Assembly (NCBI GenBank): GCA_964202365.1
Contig: CAXNIN010000002.1
Location: 1-38,879, forward strand
Length of the DNA: 38,879 nucleotides
Reading direction: 5' to 3'
Origin: Myxococcota bacterium
Lineage (GTDB): Bacteria > Myxococcota_A > UBA796 > SXON01
This document shows, one piece after another, positions 16,425-23,814 of the stretch. The translations under genes and the position numbers were made by a program. Positions within the stretch are counted from its first letter, which is position 1; every line of letters starts with the position of its first letter. The notes beneath the pieces were generated by a model. That model was given only the letters and a program-made list of their open reading frames with translations, did no database searches and had not been told where the DNA came from.

Positions 16425-19415
16425 CTACTTCTTGACGGGCTCGTCGGCCTTCTTCTTGGCCTCTTCCTTCTTCTTCTTCTCGTCGGCCTTGAGCACGTCC
16501 TTGAGGTTGTGCTTGGTGGCGTAGTCGAGCTTCGCCTGCTTCCAGTCGAACACCTCGACCGTGAGGCCGGCCTTCTCGAAGTAGGGCTTGATCACCTCGA
16601 CCGGGCCGATCGCGGTCACGACTTCGTGACCGACGCACGTGTCGAGCAGGGGCTGGATCTGCTTCATGTCGACGTTCGCGAGCTGCTTCGCGTACATGCC
16701 GAAGAAGTCGGCGCCCCAGCCGTAGCCGACGAGCGTGCTGCGGAGGCGGCCGATCATCTGCGCGGTCGACTGGTGGCCCGCGACGTAGCCCTGCGCGCGG
16801 TTGTACTTGACGATCTGGAGGGTCTTGACCGGGATCTTCCCGTCCTTGGCCCACTGGCCGAGGTCGAGGAAGGTCTTGGCGGCCATCCCCGCCGCGTCGT
16901 TCTGCACGAGGCCCCCCATGCTCAGGGTGGCGCCGCCGCCCTTGTACATGGAAGCGGCGGCGTAGGCGCCGTACGACGCGCCGGTCTGCTCGCGGAGCGC
17001 CAGCCACGTGCTCTCGGAGAGCGCGTCCCCGAGGATCTGCGCGGCCGCGACGTTCTTGTCGTCAACCTTGCCGAGCTGGCAGGAGTAGCTCACCTGGGTC
17101 TGCGAGCTGTTGTCCTTGTTGAAGAGGAGCACCTGGCGCGCCGGGGGCGTCGGGAGCGGGGGGTAGGTGGTGCGGAGCGGCTTCGCGGCCGCGGGCGCCT
17201 TGCCCCAACCCTTCCACCCGCCGAAGTAGGTCTCGGCGGCCTTGTTGGCCTCTTCCTGCGACACGTTCCCGACGATGAGGAGCGTGGCGTTCTCCGGGCG
17301 GAGGAGCTGCGAGAACACGTCCTGGGTCACCGCGGTGGTCCAGGTGTTCATCTGCTCGTAGTCCGTGTGGGTCGGCCAGCGGGAGAGCGGGTGGCCCGGC
17401 ATCAGGCGCTCTTGCGCGATGTTCGCCGCCCAGGCGGCCGGGTCCTTCATCCACCCGAGGATGTCCTTCTGGCGGCCCTTTACCCAGTCCAACCGACCGT
17501 TGGTGTACGGCTTGAGGTTGTCGAGGCGGTCACGGAGCACGAAGAGGGCGTCCTCGATGTTGCCGGCCGAGGCCGAGATGTCGAACGAGGTGGAGAGCCC
17601 GTCCATCCCGCTGGAGTCGAATCCGACGATGCTGAGCGGGTCCACCACGCTCTCGTCCATCCACATCGTGCCGGCGAAGAGCGCTTCGAAGCCGTCGGTG
17701 CTGTCGCTGCCGCCGTCGAAGACGAGGTTCACCTGAACGAGCGGGCCGTTCGAGTGCTGCATGGTCACGAGGTCCACGCCGCTCGGGAGCGTCGACTGAC
17801 GCAGCTTCTTCACGTCCGGGGGGAGCACGGCCGCTTCGATGAAGTCGGCGGTGAGCTGAGCCTCGGAGAGGGAGGTCTCGAGCACGTCCTCGCGACGGGC
17901 GCCGCGGTACTGGGCGTCCGAGGTGTCCTGCGAGAGGTCGCCTTCCTCGTAGGGGACCATGAGGATGGCGGCGGCGCGGGACCGGTTGAGGTACTTCTCG
18001 GCGAGGTTGCGCGCGTCGTTCGCTTCCACCATCTTGAGCCACTCGAACTGGCGCGAGTAGAAGAGGAGGTCACCGGTGTAGTGCACGAAGTCCGCGCCGG
18101 CGGCCACGCGGGTACTGCCGACGGACGACGTGTTGTCGACGGTCTGGAGGATCATCGCCATCTGCGCCGTCTTCGAGTAGCTGAACACGTAGTTCTGGAA
18201 CTTGCGGTACATCTCGTCCGCGCTCCAGAGCCGGTAGAGCCCGTCGAGCGCCTGCTCGGCGGTGCGCTCGGCGTCCTTCTCGTCGCTGATCTCGATGACG
18301 CAGTACGCGATCGAGGCTTCCTTCTGCGCCTGCATGCCGCAGCCGAGGCTGGAGAGCGGGCCGCTGTCCTTGGAGTAGTCCCAGTTCGGGTACAGCTCCT
18401 GGCGGATGGCGGAGGTCATCTGGTTGGCCGCCATCTCCATCATGGGCTGGTCGGGGCGGTAGCCGCCGGGGAGCGTCCAGCCGAGCACGATCGTCGGCTT
18501 CTCGACCGCGCCGATCTCCCGGGTGAGGCCCTTCACGTCGCCCTTGATGAGGAGCGGAGCGGGAGGAGCGGGAGGCTCGGCGGCCGGGCCCGAGATGCGG
18601 GGCTTCGGGTCGATGAGCTTCATCTCGGCGGTCGGGTCCTTGGGATCGACGAGCTGGTCGATCGCGAACTCGTCGAGGAACTTCGGGGTGTCGTCGAGGT
18701 CGAAGTCGCCGACGACGAGGATCGTCGTGTTCGACGGCGTGTAGTTGTCCACGAAGAACTTCTTGATGTCCGGCAGCGTGATCGCGTTGAGCGAGTCGTT
18801 GTTGCCGATGCCCGCGTACGCCGCGCGGCCGTACGGGTGGTTCGACGGGAACAACTTCACGGACATGTAGCCGAACGCCGCGCCGAACGCGTTCTCGTAG
18901 CGCATGCGGAGCTCGTTGCGCACGACCTCGCGCTCGGTGAGGAGCACCTCGTTCGTCACGCCTTCCCAGGCGCTCTTGAGCCGAATGGACTCAAGCCGAA
19001 GGAGCGGGATGAGCTTGTCCGCAGGGGCGATGGACATGTAGTTCGTCCAGTCGTCCGCGGTGGAGGCGTTGAGGTTGGCGCCCATGTCGCGCAGGAGGTC
19101 CCACACCTTCGGGAGCTCCTTGCCTTCCGCGTCCCTTTGCTTGGACCGGAACCACATGTGCTCGGCGACGTGCGCGATGCCCTCGAGGCCGGGGGGGTCG
19201 GAGGTCGACCCGCGGTCGATGACGGACGTGATCGAGACCAGCGGCTGGCTGTGGTCTTCCTGGAAGATGATCCGGAGCCCGGAAGGGAAGTTGAAGTCCC
19301 GCATCGGGATGTCGTACTGCTTGAGCTTGAGCTCCATCTTCGCGCGGGGCGGCGCATCGGCGGCGGCCACGAGGGGCATCAGCCCGAGGGCGAGGAAGAA
19401 GGGGAGGCGGCGCAT
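16425..19415 (-). CDS. secreted M16 (pitrilysin/insulinase) family zinc peptidase, about 996 aa
   Basis: Track ORF is 16425..19958; start taken at ATG 19415 (MRRLPFFLALGLMPLVAAADA, a signal peptide) with GGAGAG upstream. Zinc motif HxxEH = HVAEH. Two M16 halves. Lys-rich C-terminal tail. Confidence 0.9.
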   Translation of the reverse strand: MRRLPFFLALGLMPLVAAADAPPRAKMELKLKQYDIPMRDFNFPSGLRIIFQEDHSQPLVSITSVIDRGSTSDPPGLEGIAHVAEHMWFRSKQRDAEGKELPKVWDLLRDMGANLNASTADDWTNYMSIAPADKLIPLLRLESIRLKSAWEGVTNEVLLTEREVVRNELRMRYENAFGAAFGYMSVKLFPSNHPYGRAAYAGIGNNDSLNAITLPDIKKFFVDNYTPSNTTILVVGDFDLDDTPKFLDEFAIDQLVDPKDPTAEMKLIDPKPRISGPAAEPPAPPAPLLIKGDVKGLTREIGAVEKPTIVLGWTLPGGYRPDQPMMEMAANQMTSAIRQELYPNWDYSKDSGPLSSLGCGMQAQKEASIAYCVIEISDEKDAERTAEQALDGLYRLWSADEMYRKFQNYVFSYSKTAQMAMILQTVDNTSSVGSTRVAAGADFVHYTGDLLFYSRQFEWLKMVEANDARNLAEKYLNRSRAAAILMVPYEEGDLSQDTSDAQYRGARREDVLETSLSEAQLTADFIEAAVLPPDVKKLRQSTLPSGVDLVTMQHSNGPLVQVNLVFDGGSDSTDGFEALFAGTMWMDESVVDPLSIVGFDSSGMDGLSTSFDISASAGNIEDALFVLRDRLDNLKPYTNGRLDWVKGRQKDILGWMKDPAAWAANIAQERLMPGHPLSRWPTHTDYEQMNTWTTAVTQDVFSQLLRPENATLLIVGNVSQEEANKAAETYFGGWKGWGKAPAAAKPLRTTYPPLPTPPARQVLLFNKDNSSQTQVSYSCQLGKVDDKNVAAAQILGDALSESTWLALREQTGASYGAYAAASMYKGGGATLSMGGLVQNDAAGMAAKTFLDLGQWAKDGKIPVKTLQIVKYNRAQGYVAGHQSTAQMIGRLRSTLVGYGWGADFFGMYAKQLANVDMKQIQPLLDTCVGHEVVTAIGPVEVIKPYFEKAGLTVEVFDWKQAKLDYATKHNLKDVLKADEKKKKEEAKKKADEPVKK

Positions 19416-19550
19416 GGTCTCTCCGAGTCCGTACGGTCGCCCGAACTGCGGGCGAACGAAGGCGCACCAGTCTACCTCAACACGCGTTCGAGGGCGATCA
19501 GGTTCGTGGAGCCCGAGCGATTGCCGGCGAACGAGCGCCGTGGCACATTG

Positions 19551-19739
19551 ATGCGAATGCGTAAGCCTCTCGCCATCGTTGTCGGGTTCGCGTTCGTCGC
19601 GGGGTCCGGTGCGCTCGCGTATATGGCCCTCCGCCCCGAGCCCGAGCCGCCCCCCGCGCTCGACGCCGAGAAGTCGTACGACCAGATCGAGCGTCCCGAG
19701 TACGAAAAGTGGATGCAGGACCTCGGCTACACCGAGTAG
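19551..19739 (+). CDS. 62-aa membrane-anchored proline-rich mini-protein
   Basis: The only plausible coding part of the artefactual track ORF 16371..19739: MRMRKPLAIVVGFAFVAGSGALAYMALRPEPEPPPALDAEKSYDQIERPEYEKWMQDLGYTE. It has a charged N-region, one TM helix and a PEPEPPP tract. GC3 is mostly G/C. Its stop is 7 nt before the next gene. Confidence 0.5.
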   Translation: MRMRKPLAIVVGFAFVAGSGALAYMALRPEPEPPPALDAEKSYDQIERPEYEKWMQDLGYTE

Positions 19740-19746
19740 CCGGCGC

Positions 19747-20685
19747 GTGCGCTCCCTCCCCTTCACTCTCCTCGTTGTCTTCTGCATCGCGACGCTGCTC
19801 GGCGTTCGGTTCCTCTTGGAGCCGTTCGCGTCGGTCGCGGCCGATGTCGTCGCCGCCGCGTCGCCCGACGGCGTAATGGCGCTTCCGCCGAAGCCCGAGG
19901 GGCTCGACGCGCGCCCGGCCGGCGAAGATGGCGAGGGAGAAGGCCAGGCGTTGCTCACGCCGGATGCCTGCGCCGCGATGGCGCCCGATGTCCAGGACGT
20001 GTGCTTCCAGGCGCTCGCCCGCCAGCAGGCCCCGCGCGATCCGCGCGGCGCGCTTCAGATCTGCGAGCGCATCCGCGACGAAGAGCTCCTGCTGGAATGC
20101 GAGGCCGACATCGCCGAGGCGATCGCGCCGATGGACCGCGCCGTGGCCGAGGAGATCTGCACCGCAATCCCCGTGATGAAGTGGCGCGGCCAGTGCCACT
20201 TCGGCATGGGGCTGGCCCTCGCGGAGATCGACCCCGTCTACGCGATGGGGCGGTGCGAGCAGAGCGAGGCCTTCCGCGACTTCTGCCGGCACGACGTGGT
20301 GGGCGAGATCGCGCTCGAGAACGTCGAGCTCGCCGTGCCTTTCTGCGCGCGCGAAGAAGGCGACACCCTCACGCGAAAGACCTGCTGGCACGGCATCGGG
20401 AAGTACCTGGCCCGCCGCTCCTTTGACGAAGCCGGCGCCGCCTGCGCGCGCTCCACCGAGTCGTGGCGCGGCAACTGCTGGCACGGCGTGGGCTGGGGGG
20501 CCGCCGAGCGCGACCCCGACGCCACCCTCGCCGCGTGCGCGAAGGTCGAGACCTACGCGGACAACTGCCGGCAGGGCGTTGCCCACCAGCTCAAGCGATT
20601 CGACCCCGCCCGAGGGGTCGCCCTCTGCGAGAGCATCGCGACCTCCGCCATCCGCGAGCGCTGCCTCGCCTTCCTGACGAGATGA
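19747..20685 (+). CDS. signal-anchored Cys-pair repeat protein (8 repeats), unknown family
   Basis: In frame with track ORF 19579..20685. GTG 19747 gives VRSLPFTLLVVFCIATLLGVRFLL, a signal/anchor. The mature part contains 16 Cys arranged as 8 x [C-x9-12-C] separated by exactly 19 residues. Confidence 0.65.
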   Translation: MRSLPFTLLVVFCIATLLGVRFLLEPFASVAADVVAAASPDGVMALPPKPEGLDARPAGEDGEGEGQALLTPDACAAMAPDVQDVCFQALARQQAPRDPRGALQICERIRDEELLLECEADIAEAIAPMDRAVAEEICTAIPVMKWRGQCHFGMGLALAEIDPVYAMGRCEQSEAFRDFCRHDVVGEIALENVELAVPFCAREEGDTLTRKTCWHGIGKYLARRSFDEAGAACARSTESWRGNCWHGVGWGAAERDPDATLAACAKVETYADNCRQGVAHQLKRFDPARGVALCESIATSAIRERCLAFLTR

Positions 20686-20689
20686 CCCC

Positions 20690-21298
20690 ATGCTGACCTA
20701 CCTGATCACCTCGTTCTCGGGCGAAGCCGCCTTCTTCATGTACACCCTGCTCGTGGTGATGGCGTTCGCGATCGCCGTGATGGTCGAGCGCGCCTACACC
20801 CTCACGCGGTACCGCTGCGACACCGACGCGCTCATCGGCAAGCTCGACGCCGCTGTGAAGGGCGGCACCACCGGCGCCGTCACCCTCGGCGACACCCCGG
20901 CCGAGGCGGTCGCCCGCGCCGGGCTCGCCTACGCCGACCCCGACCTCGCCTGGGAAGCGATGGCCGCCGCCTCGGTCGACGCGGAGCTGAAGGTACGCCG
21001 CCGCATCGCGTACCTGTCCGCCGTGGCCTCGATCGCGACGATGGTGGGCCTCTTCGGCACGGTATACGGGCTCATCCTCGCCTTCGGCGCGCTCGGCGAC
21101 GTCGCCGCCGCAGAACGCGCGGCGCAGCTCTCCGAGGGGAGCTCCACCGCCATGGCAACCACGGCGTTCGGCCTGCTCGTGGCGATCCCCGCGCTCGGCG
21201 CCCACTCCCTCGCCGACGCCACCGCCCGCGAGCTCCTCGGCAACATCGAGCGGGTCGCGACGCGACTTGTCCTCGCGCTGAAGGCCGCGCGCGCGTGA
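20690..21298 (+). CDS. MotA/TolQ/ExbB proton-channel family protein
   Basis: 202-aa ORF with three TM helices in the family-typical arrangement. The conserved TM2-TM3 region reads SIATMVGLFGTVYGLILAF ... TAFGLLVAIPA. Confidence 0.9.
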   Translation: MLTYLITSFSGEAAFFMYTLLVVMAFAIAVMVERAYTLTRYRCDTDALIGKLDAAVKGGTTGAVTLGDTPAEAVARAGLAYADPDLAWEAMAAASVDAELKVRRRIAYLSAVASIATMVGLFGTVYGLILAFGALGDVAAAERAAQLSEGSSTAMATTAFGLLVAIPALGAHSLADATARELLGNIERVATRLVLALKAARA

Positions 21299-21846
21299 GT
21301 CAGCCGGCTCCGCACCCGAACCCCGCGCCCCGGCGCCGGCGTCCGCTGTTCCGTCACGGCGCCGCGGCCGAGGCCGACGTGCGCCCCACCCTCCTCGGGG
21401 TGGTGACGTTGATGTTCCTGCTGCTGTTCTTCCTGCTCACGACGTCGTCCGGCCAGCGGCTGGGCGTCATCGATCTGCGGCTCGGTTCCCCGGCAGATCT
21501 CGCGCCGCTCCCGCACGCGGGCTTGATCAAGGACGTGCGCGTCACCCTCAACGGCGCCAGCCTCACCTTGAGCTACGAGGTGCAGTCGACGGACATCGCC
21601 GCCGCGGCCACCTCCGTGGAGCGCCGCGAGCAGGTGTTCCCGGCCAAGAACGCCAAGCCCGACCTCGCGGCCCTCCTCGCCGCGCTCGTCGCCGTGCACG
21701 ACATCGACCGGTCGCAGGAGCGCGCGCGCCTCGCTCCGGACGACACCGCCACCACCGAAACCATTATCGCCGTGATGGACGTGATCCACGGCCCCACCGA
21801 CGCGCCGCTGTTCCCGAAGGTGACGCTCACGGGGAGCCCCGGATGA
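21295..21846 (+). CDS. ExbD/TolR-like protein, divergent (no TM aspartate)
   Basis: 183-aa ORF. Its GTG start overlaps the ExbB stop (GTGA at 21295-21298). One N-terminal TM helix (RPTLLGVVTLMFLLLFFLL) followed by a periplasmic domain. The canonical P-x-x-D of ExbD/TolR is replaced by P-T-L-L-G. Confidence 0.75.
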   Translation: MSQPAPHPNPAPRRRRPLFRHGAAAEADVRPTLLGVVTLMFLLLFFLLTTSSGQRLGVIDLRLGSPADLAPLPHAGLIKDVRVTLNGASLTLSYEVQSTDIAAAATSVERREQVFPAKNAKPDLAALLAALVAVHDIDRSQERARLAPDDTATTETIIAVMDVIHGPTDAPLFPKVTLTGSPG

Positions 21847-22292
21847 GGCGCTTGTTCAAACGGGCCGACGCGGAGCCCCTCCCCGGGCTCGACGTCGGCG
21901 CGCTCGCGCCCCTCGTCGATATGATGACGTTGATGCTGGTCTTCCTGCTGCGCTCCTACTCCACGGAAGCCGCGCCGGCCCCGCCCGAGGGCCACTTCGA
22001 GCTCGCGGGCACCGTGTCCGAGGAGACCCGCAAGCCGGCGGTGGAGATCCTGATCTCCCAGGAAGCCATCTACGTGGACGGCCGCCGTGTGGTCGCCGTC
22101 GCCTACCTCCCCGAAGAGCTGCTCGTGCGGGAATTGTACGACCCGCTGCTGCTCATGCGTGGGAAGGCGCGCGTGGAAGTCCACGCCGACCGCACCATCC
22201 CGTGGAGCGTGCTGAAGCGCGTGCTCCACACGGCGCGCACCGCCGGCTTCGAAGATCTCTCCCTCGTCGCGGCGAGCACCTCGAGCTTGTGA
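21843..22292 (+). CDS. ExbD/TolR family biopolymer transport protein
   Basis: 149-aa ORF. Its ATG overlaps the previous stop (ATGA at 21843-21846). The TM helix carries the conserved Asp (APLVDMMTLMLVFLL). Typical periplasmic domain. Confidence 0.85.
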   Translation: MRRLFKRADAEPLPGLDVGALAPLVDMMTLMLVFLLRSYSTEAAPAPPEGHFELAGTVSEETRKPAVEILISQEAIYVDGRRVVAVAYLPEELLVRELYDPLLLMRGKARVEVHADRTIPWSVLKRVLHTARTAGFEDLSLVAASTSSL

Positions 22293-22442
22293 TGGACGGG
22301 GGTGCCCCCCCACCGTCGCACATCCCCTGGGGCACGCGCGCCTCAGCCCTGCGCCGGCCGCTCCGCGGGGCGCCACCGACGCCGATCGTTCCACCCTCGT
22401 CACACGGCACGGGGCTTGCTACTCTGGGCCACGGAGGCCCGC

Positions 22443-23693
22443 ATGCTGGTCGCGCTGTTGCTCGGCTGCTCGGACTACGAGCTCGACAAGACCACCGACG
22501 ATCCCCTCGTGCCCGAGCCCGACATCGTCGTCGAGCCGTCCGTGCTGGAGTGGCCGACCGTCGGCGTCGGGTGCATCGAAGAGCAGATTGTGACGGTGTC
22601 GAACGTCGGGAGCGGGCCGCTCTCGCTCGAGAGCACGGTGTTCGAAGGCGACCCCGCGTGGTCGGCCGAGCTCCGCGACGACACGATCCAACCCGGCGAA
22701 CAGATCAGCTTTACCGTACGGTTCTCCCCAACGGTGGCCGGTGAGGTGAGCGGGACGGTGCGGGTGATCTCGGACGACCCGGACGAGGAAGAGGTCACCG
22801 TGGACTCCATCGGCCGCGGGGCCGCGGAGGGCCTCCTAAGCGACCGGTTCGTCCAGGAGGCCGAGCCGGTGGATGTCCTGTGGGTCATCGACAACTCGGG
22901 CTCGATGGCCCAGGAACAGGCGCGCGTGGCGGCGGCGATCCGCTCGTTCTTCGACTGGTTCACCACGCTGAACCTCGACTACCACATGGGCGTCATCACC
23001 ACCGACGTCGTGAATCCCGTGTACTCGGGGCAGCTCGTGGGCGCCCCCATCTACCTCGACTCCACCACGCCGAACGCCGCCGCCGAGCTCGCCGAGGCGA
23101 TCGAGGTGGGCACGGAGGACATGGGCGACGAGTCCGGGCTCGCGGCGCTCCAGCTCGCGCTCTCCGAGCCGGCCCGCTCCGGCTACAACGCGGGGTTCCT
23201 CCGCGAGAACGCCCACCTCGCCGTTGTCTTCCTCTCGGACGAACCCGAGTTCTCGGCGCAGGACTCCGCCCACTACATCACCTTCCTCCAGGGCATCAAG
23301 GCCGACCCGGATGACATCCTCGTCTCCGCGATTGTCGGCGACTACGGCACCGGCTGCAGCGCCACGTGCGACGGCACGACCCAGGACGCCCAGCCCGGCG
23401 ACAAGTACATCGACGTGGTGACCGCCTACAACGGCGTCTACGGCAGCATCTGCACGTGCGGCCTCGCCCCCGTGCTCGACGAGATCGGCATGGAGACCAC
23501 CCGGTACATCCGGAGCTTCGTGCTCTCCGACGTGCCCACCGACCCCGCGGCCATCGTGGTGTACGTCAACAGCGAAGTCGCGGCCACCGGGTGGACCTGG
23601 GTGGAGCTCACGAACGAGATCGTGTTCGACGTCCCGCCCATCAACGGGTCCGAGGTGGTGGTGCGCTACCCGGCGGCCCTCACCTGCGGGTAG
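22443..23693 (+). CDS. lipoprotein with beta-sandwich (ASH/choice-of-anchor-D-like) N-domain and VWA domain, paralog 1
   Basis: In track ORF 22302..23693. I prefer ATG 22443 (MLVALLLGC lipobox). MIDAS motif DNSGS, plus ITTD and FLSDE. Collinear with the next gene. The GTG 22302 start cannot be excluded. Confidence 0.8.
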   Translation: MLVALLLGCSDYELDKTTDDPLVPEPDIVVEPSVLEWPTVGVGCIEEQIVTVSNVGSGPLSLESTVFEGDPAWSAELRDDTIQPGEQISFTVRFSPTVAGEVSGTVRVISDDPDEEEVTVDSIGRGAAEGLLSDRFVQEAEPVDVLWVIDNSGSMAQEQARVAAAIRSFFDWFTTLNLDYHMGVITTDVVNPVYSGQLVGAPIYLDSTTPNAAAELAEAIEVGTEDMGDESGLAALQLALSEPARSGYNAGFLRENAHLAVVFLSDEPEFSAQDSAHYITFLQGIKADPDDILVSAIVGDYGTGCSATCDGTTQDAQPGDKYIDVVTAYNGVYGSICTCGLAPVLDEIGMETTRYIRSFVLSDVPTDPAAIVVYVNSEVAATGWTWVELTNEIVFDVPPINGSEVVVRYPAALTCG

Positions 23694-23814
23694 CGGGGCG
23701 GCGCGCCCGACCCGGGCCGAGGCGTGGGCTCGACCGCGAACCAGACGTGGAGGACGGTGCTTAGTTCAGGGGTGTGCTGATTCGCCGCCGGGGGGCGGCC
23801 AAGGGGGCCACGCC

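Noticed and set aside
16371-19739. 1122-aa ORF on the + strand, the longest + strand ORF in this part of the track
   Set aside because: It is antisense to the well-supported M16 peptidase gene. Its product is low-complexity (Arg/Gly/Val/Glu/Leu-rich) with no recognisable motifs, typical of stop-codon-poor antisense frames in high-GC DNA. Only its last 62 codons (19551..19739), which lie outside the peptidase gene, look genuinely coding.
22302-22442. Longer N-terminus for VWA lipoprotein 1 (GTG 22302) with a possible twin-arginine motif (HRRRSFHP)
   Set aside because: About one fifth of the codons in this stretch end in A/T, against nearly none in the neighbouring genes. The motif is a poor match to S/T-R-R-x-F-L-K. 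The paralog (23815) cannot have such an extension, and MLVALLLGC at 22443 mirrors the paralog's leader. I kept it as an alternative start only.
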